Shown here in pieces: positions 25,871-34,790 of a stretch of DNA of 45,641 nt (its first letter is position 1; each line of letters opens with the position of its first letter). A program made the translations under genes and the position numbers. The notes under the pieces are model-generated. The model searched no databases. It saw only the letters and a program-made list of their open reading frames with translations, and was not told the DNA's origin. Origin of the DNA: Gammaproteobacteria bacterium (GTDB lineage Bacteria > Pseudomonadota > Gammaproteobacteria > Burkholderiales > SG8-39); contig JBGPTG010000002.1 of NCBI GenBank assembly GCA_041490545.1, forward strand, positions 1 to 45,641, written 5' to 3'.

Positions 25871-26614
25871 CTAGGCTGAGAGTTTACCCAGATCGGTCGG
25901 GCGATATTGGGTGATCGCCGCGGGATATTCTCTCTGCGCGGCCTCAAGGCTCTCCGCGGTACCAATGTCCCGATGGTAAATCCCATTGTGGAACGTATTG
26001 ATGCGTCCCATGAAATGCGGCAGGACTTCCGTGCTGAAATCGATCGTTTCTTTGCCGAGGCCGGCGAGAAAATCCATGACCGACGGGGACACTACGTATA
26101 CGGCGCCATTGGCCAAGTTCCCGGGTGGGTTCTTCACTTTTTCGTGGAATGCCATCACGACACCGCGTTCGTCGATTTCGACGATCCCGCAGGCTTCCGG
26201 CTCCGAGGTATTGAAAGTCATCATCGTTATTTCGATATCCCTCTCCCGTTGCTTGTGCCGCTGGACGAAGGCTCGTACATCGAAGGCGGATAAATTGTCC
26301 GCATGAACGAGCATCGAAGGTTCGTTCTGGAAGAAATCCCTGTTTCTCAGCAGCGTCCCGCCCGTTCCCAGCAGTCTCTGTTCATACACGGTGGTGACTT
26401 TCACCGGATATCGGCAGCTTTCGATATACGATTTGACCGCGTTCGGCAGGTGGTGAAGGTTGATCAGAATATCGACGATGCCGCCTTCGCTCAGCAGCTC
26501 GATCCAGTAATCCAGAAGCGGCCGACCGTTTATCTCGATAAGACACTTGGGGATCGAATTCGTGATGGGGCGCAGACGGATACCCAGTCCGGCGGCGAGG
26601 AGCAGCGCACGCAA
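25871..26614 (-). CDS. Sugar-phosphate nucleotidyltransferase (NTP_transferase family; HddC / LicC / MurU-like)
   Basis: MRALLLAAGLGIRLRPITNSIPKCLIEINGRPLLDYWIELL is the canonical G-x-G-x-R-L N-terminus; 247 aa. Confidence 0.8.
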   Translation of the reverse strand: MRALLLAAGLGIRLRPITNSIPKCLIEINGRPLLDYWIELLSEGGIVDILINLHHLPNAVKSYIESCRYPVKVTTVYEQRLLGTGGTLLRNRDFFQNEPSMLVHADNLSAFDVRAFVQRHKQRERDIEITMMTFNTSEPEACGIVEIDERGVVMAFHEKVKNPPGNLANGAVYVVSPSVMDFLAGLGKETIDFSTEVLPHFMGRINTFHNGIYHRDIGTAESLEAAQREYPAAITQYRPTDLGKLSA

Positions 26615-26617
26615 CGC

Positions 26618-28132
26618 TCAGCCTTTCACAGTGTTGTCGCTCTTGCTGATCTCGACGAGCAACTCTCCCGCGCTTAAAGGGATATTCCCGATCCGCCCTA
26701 CCTGGCAGGCGGCCGCAAGCGATCCGAGGTAAACACTCTCCCAAACCGGCCTCCCGACCGCCATCGCCATGGCGGCGCAGACCAGGAGGGAGTCGCCCGC
26801 GCCAGCGGTGTCCTTCGGAGCGGTGTTCAGCGCGGCGAGCCGATCCGTGAGCCATTGCCCTTTCTCGGTTACCTTGGCATGTATAAGGACGCCTTCCGTC
26901 CCGAGGGTAATGGCGATGTTTTCTGCATTTGCACGCCGCCTCAGGGTTTCCGCGATCACCACCAGCCCGTCTTCATAGTTTCCCAGCGCGATTCTGGCCT
27001 CACGCTCGGTCGGAGTGAGCAACGCGGCGCCCTTGAAGCGGGAAACGTCTCCGGTCTGGGACGAACTCTGACTGTCGGCGACCATCATGATGCCGCGTTG
27101 ACGGCACTCATTCGTGACCTCGTCCACCAGTTCCTGGGGCAGGGTCCCGTAGTTGAAATCAGAAAAAATCACCAGATCCGTGTCGGCAAGAACCTCTCTC
27201 AGATGCTCAAGAGCTCGCTGCTGTAAAGACCTGTTGATTCTATGCTGCCGCAACTGGCTTACGCGAAGTAAGGTCTTGTTTCCCGCCCGGTAGCGCTGCT
27301 TTAGAGTGGTGGGACGGCTATCATCCTTTATCAGTTGGGCGTTGACCCCATAAGCATCGAGTCTCTCGGCGACATATCGTCCGGCCTCATCATCGCCGGT
27401 CACTGAAAGGAAGTTGACGGACCCGGCACCGAGATGCCGCGCGTGTGCCGCAACGATCGCCGCTCCGCCGATAAACCTTTCTGTCATGATAGGAGTCACC
27501 ACAATCGTCGGGTCCTCCTGCGACATCCCAAGCGGATCGCACTGAATGTAGTCGTCGACGATGGTATCTCCGATTACGCACACCTTGAGCGACCGCATCT
27601 GGTCCAGTACTGACGCCAGGCTTGGAACGTTGAAACCGTGCCGTTTGATGAACTCTCTTGGCCTGATGATCGAAGCGTGATTGATGAGCTCCGATTCCTT
27701 TCGAATAAGCTCCAATGAGGAAAATATCGTGTCCCCGGAGCCGAAAAGCAGTTTCCCTCCGTAAGACTGAACGACGCCAAGTTCCGGATTGATCCCGTTC
27801 TCGTGTTCCTTCCCCTTCACAACGATCGCAGGGCGCAACTCGGCAATGAAGCTTTCCGGAGTGTCGCGCAGCAGGAACGCATGATCGACCCAACTGATCG
27901 CTGCCACGCCCTCCAGGCGCATGTCATGGGTCAGTTGGGCGTTGGCGGCCAACGGGTCGCTCAATACACCGACTACGAGGGAGTCACCGCACTCGGCGGC
28001 GAAGCGCAACAGCCGCAGGTGTCCAGGGTGAACTATGTTGAAAGTCCCTGACACAAAAACGGTGCGCTGTCCGCTCTTCGCACTGGCTCGAATCGTGTCT
28101 ATCACGGACGCTGAATCAGGGTGTAATTTCAT
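26618..28132 (-). CDS. Bifunctional cytidylyltransferase-like (N-terminal) / PfkB sugar kinase (C-terminal) protein: HldE-like domains in reversed order
   Basis: The N-terminus has TVFVSGTFNIVHPGHLRLLRFA (HxGH nucleotidyltransferase motif). Residues ~185-504 have VCVIGDTIVDDY..., the GAAIVA region and the C-terminal DTAGAGDSLL PfkB signature. Confidence 0.8.
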   Translation of the reverse strand: MKLHPDSASVIDTIRASAKSGQRTVFVSGTFNIVHPGHLRLLRFAAECGDSLVVGVLSDPLAANAQLTHDMRLEGVAAISWVDHAFLLRDTPESFIAELRPAIVVKGKEHENGINPELGVVQSYGGKLLFGSGDTIFSSLELIRKESELINHASIIRPREFIKRHGFNVPSLASVLDQMRSLKVCVIGDTIVDDYIQCDPLGMSQEDPTIVVTPIMTERFIGGAAIVAAHARHLGAGSVNFLSVTGDDEAGRYVAERLDAYGVNAQLIKDDSRPTTLKQRYRAGNKTLLRVSQLRQHRINRSLQQRALEHLREVLADTDLVIFSDFNYGTLPQELVDEVTNECRQRGIMMVADSQSSSQTGDVSRFKGAALLTPTEREARIALGNYEDGLVVIAETLRRRANAENIAITLGTEGVLIHAKVTEKGQWLTDRLAALNTAPKDTAGAGDSLLVCAAMAMAVGRPVWESVYLGSLAAACQVGRIGNIPLSAGELLVEISKSDNTVKG

Positions 28133-28165
28133 GGCGCTACAAATATCAATCAGGGTCGCATCATC

Positions 28166-29410
28166 TCAAACAATGCTGAGTTCCGGAAGAGGAATCACGA
28201 ACCTGCCCCCTTCGTCGAGAAAACGCCGGTGGCGCTTGATGATCGGCGATGCAAAATTCCATGCAAGAATGACGACGTAATCGGGTCGCCGCACGTAGAT
28301 CTCGTCCGACGGCAGCACGGGGATATGGCATCCGGGGCTGTACAACCCGTGCTTGAGTGGATTGTCGTCAAGTAGGAATTCCAGCTTTTCATTCAGTTCA
28401 AAATGCCAAATGAGGGTAGTTACCGTAGTCGACGCGCCATAGCCGGCAATTCTCTTGCCTGCGGCCCTTGCGTCGTCGACAACGCGAGCGAGCGCTGCCT
28501 TGCGAGCTTGGATCGTTTCGCCGTACTCACGATAGACCGCCAGTTCGCCAAAGCGGCGCTTGGCCTCGACCTCCAACAACTCGCCGATGATCGGCATTAC
28601 CGAACGCTGACCCTCCGGCCATCGCTGCGCAAACCCGCGGATCGACCCGCCCTTGGAATTTGTTCTCTGCACATCAAAGAGCTGCAAGCCGAGACGCTCG
28701 AAGAAGCGTTTCAGGGGGGCGATCGAATGATAGGAAACATGCTCGTGATATATGGTGTCGAAGAGGAGACGGTCGACGATATCCACGAGGTAGGACACCT
28801 CGAACACGAAAACACCGTCGTCTGCAAGAAGTGTGCGGATGCCGCGAACGATGTCCGCGAGATTGTCGGCATGCGCGAAAACGTTGTTCGCCGCAATGAT
28901 AGTCGCGGGCCCCTGTTGAGCGCGTATTCTCCGCGCCAATCCTTCGGAAAAGAATTCCGGCAGCGTCGGGATGCCTGTTGCGGTCGCTTCCTCGGCGATG
29001 CGGCGCGCCGGATCGATCCCGAGCACCTTGAGTCCCTTGTTCTGGAAGAACCGCAGCAGCGAGCCATCGTTGCTTCCGATCTCGGCGGCCAGCGAGCCGG
29101 GCCTGACAGCGAACCGCGCCGTTACTTCGTCGGCGTAGAGCCGGTAGTGTTCCACCAGTCCCGGGGAGCTTGAAGTGACGTAGATGTAGTCGCGAAACAG
29201 AGCCTCGGGATCGACTACGTCTATGTTCTGTACATGACCGCAGTCAAGACATAGGTAAAGATCCAGCGGGTAGGTATCCTGTTTTGCCCCGAGCTTTTCC
29301 TTCGAGACGTAAGCGTCCGCGATAGGCGAGGCGGTTATCGGGAGAGCTCGCTCGAGGCGTGCGCCGTCGCAGAGACGGCAACGGCGTCGACGGATTACAG
29401 ATGCCACCAC
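28166..29410 (-). CDS. NDP-hexose C-methyltransferase-type protein (Zn-ribbon + class I MT + C-terminal C-methyltransferase domain; TylC3-like)
   Basis: CRLCDG...CLDCGHVQ zinc ribbon; SAM motif I LAAEIGSNDGSLL; VLGIDPA; NNVFAHADNL; EHVSYHS; C-terminal Rossmann-like IAGYGASTTVTTL. Start set at GTG 29410, just after the upstream stop (29424). Confidence 0.8.
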   Translation of the reverse strand: MVASVIRRRRCRLCDGARLERALPITASPIADAYVSKEKLGAKQDTYPLDLYLCLDCGHVQNIDVVDPEALFRDYIYVTSSSPGLVEHYRLYADEVTARFAVRPGSLAAEIGSNDGSLLRFFQNKGLKVLGIDPARRIAEEATATGIPTLPEFFSEGLARRIRAQQGPATIIAANNVFAHADNLADIVRGIRTLLADDGVFVFEVSYLVDIVDRLLFDTIYHEHVSYHSIAPLKRFFERLGLQLFDVQRTNSKGGSIRGFAQRWPEGQRSVMPIIGELLEVEAKRRFGELAVYREYGETIQARKAALARVVDDARAAGKRIAGYGASTTVTTLIWHFELNEKLEFLLDDNPLKHGLYSPGCHIPVLPSDEIYVRRPDYVVILAWNFASPIIKRHRRFLDEGGRFVIPLPELSIV

Positions 29411-29423
29411 GGCGTATGCATGA

Positions 29424-30188
29424 CTAGAGGGATTTGAGCTTTCTCGCGAGTGTTTCCGGCCAGACAAGCGACAGGCCGCCGTCCACGTACAGATTCTGCC
29501 CGTTGATGAAGCTCGCGGCGGGGCTGCACAAGAAGGCGATAGCATTGGCGCTGTCCTCCGCGCGCCCCATTCGTCCCAGTGGAATAATCTCTCGGTAGAG
29601 CGCGTGCAACTGCTCGTTGTTGACGTAGAAATCCCTTGACTCTTCCTTGAGGAACGTAAAAGGGGTCACGGTGTTCACGCGGATACCCTTGCGTCCAAGG
29701 CTGACTGCATAGAACCGCGCCATCTGGTTCATGCCGGCTTTTCCGAGGTGATAGCTGAGCGGCTGGCCTTCACCCACACGGTCGCCGAACACCGAACTCA
29801 CAAGCACGATTCCTCTGTCACCCTCGGTGGCGAACTTCGGGGCAAGAGCCTCGATCAGCTGCTTCGTTGCGGTCAGGCTCACCTGGATTTCGCCCGCCCA
29901 GTCGTCGTCCTTGCCGCGGTAGCGCTGGCAGAATATCAGGTAGTTAAGGGGGCCGCTCCTGCCAACCGCCGATTCGGCCGCACGCAAGGCAGCGTCGCCA
30001 TCCAGCAAATCCGCGATCCAGTGCCTTACGTTCGGGACCTGTTTGTCGGTTTCCGGAGGCTCATGCCGCCCGATGACCGACACGCAAGACTCCCGCGCAG
30101 CGAGAAGGCGCATCACCTCCCGGCCCAGTCCACGCGTGCCGCCAACGATCAGCGCATGCGGCATAGCGCCCGTTCCTTCTTGTGTCAT
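29424..30188 (-). CDS. Classical SDR oxidoreductase
   Basis: ALIVGGTRGLGREV, YHLGKAGMN (YxxxK). ATG 30188 overlaps the wbuC-like stop as ATGA. Confidence 0.8.
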   Translation of the reverse strand: MTQEGTGAMPHALIVGGTRGLGREVMRLLAARESCVSVIGRHEPPETDKQVPNVRHWIADLLDGDAALRAAESAVGRSGPLNYLIFCQRYRGKDDDWAGEIQVSLTATKQLIEALAPKFATEGDRGIVLVSSVFGDRVGEGQPLSYHLGKAGMNQMARFYAVSLGRKGIRVNTVTPFTFLKEESRDFYVNNEQLHALYREIIPLGRMGRAEDSANAIAFLCSPAASFINGQNLYVDGGLSLVWPETLARKLKSL

Positions 30189-30742
30189 TTTCTTGGTTGC
30201 GCGAGGAACATGGCGGCAGTGCGTGCAATGCCGGCGATGTACGCGATTACCTCTTCGCGCCGTCCCTCGGGCGGAGCGAATGGCGCGAGGATGGTCTCCT
30301 CTCTGACAAATGGACCGTTTGTCACTTCGTGAACGACCAGAAAATCGCCGTGAATGAGAAGGGTATGAAACACGCTGTCCGAAAGCCGGTAATAGAAATT
30401 ACGTCCGGTCGAAATGTCGCCGAGCTCGATGACATCGATGACGGATCCTGCATCGTCGAACATTATCACATCCACTGCGCCCTCGACGATGTGAAAAGAC
30501 TCGATTTTGCTGAGGTGCTTGTGGGGGTGAATGTAGCTCTCCGCGGAGATCGCAATCAGCATCTCGTGCAGACTGTCGTGGTTGGACCGGTGCGCACAGA
30601 TTCGCGCGCGGCCGCGCGCGTTCCGGGCCGCTTGTTGCTTGAGGAAAGAGATTTGCCGGGCGCCCATGCGAACGATCTGCGCCTCGGCGACGAACACCTC
30701 GTCGTTGACTTTGCGAAGCTTGATTCCGGCGGCCGCGTCCAT
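30185..30742 (-). CDS. wbuC: WbuC-family cupin-fold protein (function unknown)
   Basis: 186 aa from ATG 30742: ARICAHRSNHDSLHEMLIAISAESYIHPHKHLSKIESFHIVEG...FYYRLSDSVFHTLLI, a cupin His cluster typical of the WbuC family found in 6-deoxy-HexNAc O-antigen loci. Confidence 0.65.
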   Translation of the reverse strand: MDAAAGIKLRKVNDEVFVAEAQIVRMGARQISFLKQQAARNARGRARICAHRSNHDSLHEMLIAISAESYIHPHKHLSKIESFHIVEGAVDVIMFDDAGSVIDVIELGDISTGRNFYYRLSDSVFHTLLIHGDFLVVHEVTNGPFVREETILAPFAPPEGRREEVIAYIAGIARTAAMFLAQPRK

Positions 30743-30744
30743 TG

Positions 30745-31938
30745 TCAGAGCAGGGCAAGCGGGCTGAGGGCGAAGATCGAGCGGAACTCTCCGCCCCTCT
30801 CCCTGTAGGCCTTCTTCGCCGACAACACTTTCTTCTCGCTTTCCGGACTCAAAGAAAGCAGGCAGAGGTCGACCCGTCCTTGCTCGAGCAGCGAGGAACT
30901 GCGAATCGGCAGCCGGGATCCCGGCATGACGAGCGCCTGTTTGTTGGGATTGTCGTCGATGACGCAATCGATGCAGTCGCCCAACCCGAACAGGTTGAGA
31001 AACTTTGCCGCCAGGTGCCCTGCACCGAAGACGACCACTCGTTTGCCGGCGGCGCGGAACCCAGCAAGTCGCGTGCGATGAAGTTCGCGAACCTTCGGGA
31101 ACTGCTTTGCATACCGCCGGCCGCGTGCGAGTTCGGTTGGAAGTCCTTCCAAGACGGGGTGGACGACGGGCTTACCCATTCGTACGATGGCCACCAGCGA
31201 GTCCTCGAGTGCGTAGGGATAGGTCAGAATTTCGAATACCTCACAGCCATTCGCCTCGAGTACTGCTTTCAGCGTCGTGGGCGAAAAATAGGCTATGTGC
31301 TCCTCCCAGACGAAGCTGTAGTCGCACGCGTCCAGGAATTTCCTGCTGTCCGGCACTTCGAAAATCAGATATCCGCCCGGCCCCACCAGCGGCGCGAGGC
31401 CCCGGAGGAACGCCCGCAGATCATGCGCGTGCTCGATCACATGCCGAGCCAGGAAGACGCTGGCCCGCCCTCGGCGGGCAGCGATGTCCCGCGAACGGTG
31501 TTCCCGCACTGCCTCCTGGACGGATTCCAGTCCTGAAGCCGGGTCATCCAAGCCCAAGTCTGCGGAAGGGTCCAATCGAAAATTCCGGGAAAACCCAAGT
31601 CGACCCAGGCGCGCGATGGTCGAGTCATCTTTGTAAGTCAACCCGGCGATCAGGGACTCCGGCCCGAGTCCGGGCAGATGTTTCACGCGGTCTGCGAGGA
31701 CGTCCAGATGCCCTTCCGGTTCGTTGTAGGTCACCCACGAATAGCGCGACCGAACCATACCCGCCGGCATCGGGTCGACCAGTTGCACAAGGCCACAGGT
31801 GGAGCACTGGCCGAGCGCAAGGCGGTGCACGTCGATCTCCTTTTCACCGTCCCTAAGGAAGCGGTTACTGGGTGGCTGCAGACCGAAGTCGATGAGCGTG
31901 TCTACCATCTCGCCGCAGGCTATGCAGAGTTGCATCAC
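30745..31938 (-). CDS. C-methyltransferase-like paralog with degenerate SAM-binding motif I
   Basis: CIACGE...CSTCGLVQ zinc ribbon, ARHVIEHAHDL, EEHIAYFS, and a C-terminal VVVFGAGHLAAKFL domain. These are colinear with the 28166 and 40937 proteins, but motif I reads LIAGLTYKDDS instead of (E/D)IGSNDG. Confidence 0.75.
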   Translation of the reverse strand: MMQLCIACGEMVDTLIDFGLQPPSNRFLRDGEKEIDVHRLALGQCSTCGLVQLVDPMPAGMVRSRYSWVTYNEPEGHLDVLADRVKHLPGLGPESLIAGLTYKDDSTIARLGRLGFSRNFRLDPSADLGLDDPASGLESVQEAVREHRSRDIAARRGRASVFLARHVIEHAHDLRAFLRGLAPLVGPGGYLIFEVPDSRKFLDACDYSFVWEEHIAYFSPTTLKAVLEANGCEVFEILTYPYALEDSLVAIVRMGKPVVHPVLEGLPTELARGRRYAKQFPKVRELHRTRLAGFRAAGKRVVVFGAGHLAAKFLNLFGLGDCIDCVIDDNPNKQALVMPGSRLPIRSSSLLEQGRVDLCLLSLSPESEKKVLSAKKAYRERGGEFRSIFALSPLALL

Positions 31939-31987
31939 GGGGTTCAGGGGGCCGAGAAATTTCGCAAACCAGAGCCTAGCCAGCCGC

Positions 31988-33037
31988 CTAGAAGGCGATC
32001 AGGCAGCGCCCGCTCACATCGCCCCTTCGCATCGCGACAATGGCGTCGTTTATCTGATCAAGCCCGTAGCGGTTGGTGAGTAGGTTGCGCAGCTTGATTC
32101 GTCCCGCCTTGAACAATGCGTGATAGCGGGGAATATCCTGCTCGGGGACGGCTTCGCCACCGTGAGAGCCGGAGAGGATTTTCCCAAAATGCAGCGGTAG
32201 CGAGTAGATGGAAATATCGCTGCCCTTTCTGGGCACGCCCACCAGTATCACGCGCCCCTTCGGGCCGGTGAGCTCGTAGCCCATTCGTATGGCCTCAGGC
32301 AACCCCGTGTTGTCGATAAATGCGTCCACCCCTCCCGGGCCGACGATCTCGCGGATCCGCACCGGCGTGTCCTCTCGCCTGGCGTTCAAGGTATGAGTTG
32401 CCCCCATCTCCCTCGCCAGCTCGAGCCGGTTATCATAGAGATCCACGGCGACTATCGGATACGCGGTGACCAGCGCAGCAGCCTGAACGATGTTGAGCCC
32501 GATCCCGCCAGCGCCGAAAACCACCACCGATTCCCCGACACGAAGCTTGGCGTTGTTCTGGACGACGCCGAATCCGGTTGTTACGGCGCACCCGAACAGC
32601 GCCGCCACCTCCAGGTCACTGTCGCTCGGAATCGACGTAAGACGGTTCTCTGAAACCACCGAATATTCGTTGAACGTGGTGATCCAGCCGGCATTGAGCT
32701 TGCGCTCCTTCCAGGAGTAAACGGGCGTCCGAGACTCGATGCCAAGGCCCTTTCGCCAGTGCAGAACCACCTTGTCTCCGGGCTCGACGTGCCGAACACC
32801 GGGGCCTATCGCCAGGACTGTGCCCGATCCCTCGTGACCTAACAGGTGAGGCAGGAATTTGTCCTCGCCCTTCGCACCGTCGATTTCGCCAAGCTGTGAA
32901 CCGCAGATGCCGCTATAGTGAACTTTCACCAGCACCTGGCCGACATCGAGCACCTCCGGGAGCCCGATCTCGGCGATAACGAGCGGTTTGCGCAGTTCCG
33001 CAAGAATCGCCGCTTTCGTGGAACGCGGTAGGTTCAT
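31988..33037 (-). CDS. Zinc-dependent medium-chain alcohol dehydrogenase family oxidoreductase
   Basis: From ATG 33037: GICGSQL, GHEGSGTV, GDKVV, VVVFGAGGIGLNIV. Confidence 0.8.
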   Translation of the reverse strand: MNLPRSTKAAILAELRKPLVIAEIGLPEVLDVGQVLVKVHYSGICGSQLGEIDGAKGEDKFLPHLLGHEGSGTVLAIGPGVRHVEPGDKVVLHWRKGLGIESRTPVYSWKERKLNAGWITTFNEYSVVSENRLTSIPSDSDLEVAALFGCAVTTGFGVVQNNAKLRVGESVVVFGAGGIGLNIVQAAALVTAYPIVAVDLYDNRLELAREMGATHTLNARREDTPVRIREIVGPGGVDAFIDNTGLPEAIRMGYELTGPKGRVILVGVPRKGSDISIYSLPLHFGKILSGSHGGEAVPEQDIPRYHALFKAGRIKLRNLLTNRYGLDQINDAIVAMRRGDVSGRCLIAF

Positions 33038-33044
33038 TGCGCTC

Positions 33045-33728
33045 TCATTCGAAATAGATGAATGAGTGATCGCCCGCATAGCCTGTTTGCCTGAACCACC
33101 ACTCCCATTCTTCTGGCGTGCAGAACGTTTCACAGGTCACCTGCCAATAGAGCAGGTTGGCTTTTTCCACTTCATTCCGGTAGGACTCCACGCAAATATA
33201 CTTGTGCCTCTTGCCGACGCGCTGTATTTCGCGCAACGCTTTGTCGAGGTCGTAATTGTGCAGGTTGTGAAGGGTATTGAGTGAGTACACGAGCTCAAAA
33301 TGCTTGTCTGGATACGGAAGCGATGTGGCGCTGCCCGTTCGAAGTCGATCCCTAATCTCCTCCTTGGCATTCTCTATGGCGTACTCAGACACGTCAATGC
33401 CATGGATTTCAACGCCTGGAACCACTTTGGTGAAGTCATATAGCAAAAAGCCCTTGCCGCACCCGACATCCAGTATCCTGTCGCCGGCCTTGATACCGTA
33501 GTGATCGACCATCGCCCTGGCTACCTTTTCCCAGCGGCCCTCTATGTACCGATAGCCGCCGTAGTTGATGCGGCGGTCCCCATCCCAGTAGTCGAAACCC
33601 CATTTCTTGGCGAGTTCCGCCGCTCTCGCCTTAGGGAAATCTGTGTCGTTCACCCGCGCGAGATAGTCGCGTTTGGTGCTTTTGTGGACGTGGGACATGA
33701 AATCGATGTATGCCACTCTTCGGCCCAC
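33045..33728 (-). CDS. Class I SAM-dependent methyltransferase
   Basis: RILDVGCGKGFLLYDF (motif I), IHGIDVS, FELVYSLNTLHNL. Confidence 0.8.
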   Translation of the reverse strand: MGRRVAYIDFMSHVHKSTKRDYLARVNDTDFPKARAAELAKKWGFDYWDGDRRINYGGYRYIEGRWEKVARAMVDHYGIKAGDRILDVGCGKGFLLYDFTKVVPGVEIHGIDVSEYAIENAKEEIRDRLRTGSATSLPYPDKHFELVYSLNTLHNLHNYDLDKALREIQRVGKRHKYICVESYRNEVEKANLLYWQVTCETFCTPEEWEWWFRQTGYAGDHSFIYFE

Positions 33729-33731
33729 TTT

Positions 33732-34790
33732 CTAGCTGTTGATATGCTGGAGAAGACATTGCGCCATATCGAGCTGCACGCGCTTGCGGACGTTCTCGTC
33801 GAGCGCCGGGTCCGCAATTTTGCGTCTTTCGATGAAGGCGGGCAAGAAGTCATTCATTACAATGCAGCACCATTTCATCTGAATCACGGGAAGAAGCAGG
33901 CGCGTTCGCTCTGCCAACATGTTCGAATTCGGGGAATAGGTGAGTGCGGAGGCGAGAAAGGTCTCGAAGTGATCAAACGGCAACGGTATTGCCGGCTGGG
34001 AGAAAAAATCGCCTATGGTTTTTGCCGGGTCGTCCCAGCCGGCATATTCGAAATCGATAAATACGACTTTGCCGTTTGGCGAGATGATTGCGTTGTGAAA
34101 TCCGAAGTCGGATGGGGAGACGCATCGATCCTCCTGGGAAAGCACGGAATCCGTCTGGAGATTTCTCCGCTCGAATTCGGCCGACACGCGTTCACGCAAG
34201 GCTGCCCACCGCGCGCGCAAGGTGACAACGAAGGCTACCGCTTGCTTGTCGACCTCCGAAGACGCAGGAACCGTCGAAAGCCTCGCAATGCGTCCCTCCA
34301 CGAGGGACAAATGGTCCACAACACTAAAGCAGGACTCGGAAGCGTTTTTCAAGGATACCGCGAGCGGCCGTTTCTCCAGTCTATTCAGACTGACGAAGAA
34401 TTCCCGCGCCTGCTCGATGTGTCTTGAAGACAGAGCTCCTCGCGTGAGCTTGCTGCCTTCAATAAATTCGTAAATTCCGATCCCGACACTCTCATCCTTG
34501 GCAACCGGCTCCGGAACGCAGTCGATCCCGGCTTTCCGGGCATATTCGAGAAATGAAAACTCCGCGTTCAGCCGGTCGCGGTTATCGGACGGATGTCTGA
34601 AGTAGCATTTTGCGACCAGCGCCCGCCCGCCGGCATCGACTCGAAACACTCGATTGTTGCCCCCCGCCGCATAGGGTTTGACCCGCAAACCCCCCGATGC
34701 AATGCCCGCCGCTGCAAGCAGCGCGGCGAGCTGGGTCGTCAGTCCCGCGTCGTCCATTTGCTCTGGAGATGCTGCTTGATGTGGTTCCAT
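33732..34790 (-). CDS. APH/choline-kinase-fold phosphotransferase (small-molecule or sugar kinase)
   Basis: GGNNRVFRV...LVAKCY (nucleotide-binding Lys), SPSDFGFHNAI (Brenner-type HxDxxxxN variant) and FIDFEYAGWDDP (DFE metal-binding). Start is ATG 34790 or ATG 34757; either overlaps the HAD gene. Confidence 0.75.
   Translation of the reverse strand: MEPHQAASPEQMDDAGLTTQLAALLAAAGIASGGLRVKPYAAGGNNRVFRVDAGGRALVAKCYFRHPSDNRDRLNAEFSFLEYARKAGIDCVPEPVAKDESVGIGIYEFIEGSKLTRGALSSRHIEQAREFFVSLNRLEKRPLAVSLKNASESCFSVVDHLSLVEGRIARLSTVPASSEVDKQAVAFVVTLRARWAALRERVSAEFERRNLQTDSVLSQEDRCVSPSDFGFHNAIISPNGKVVFIDFEYAGWDDPAKTIGDFFSQPAIPLPFDHFETFLASALTYSPNSNMLAERTRLLLPVIQMKWCCIVMNDFLPAFIERRKIADPALDENVRKRVQLDMAQCLLQHINS

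Noticed and set aside
33501-34427. 308-aa + strand ORF
   Set aside because: Antisense to the class I MT and the APH-fold kinase; no motifs.
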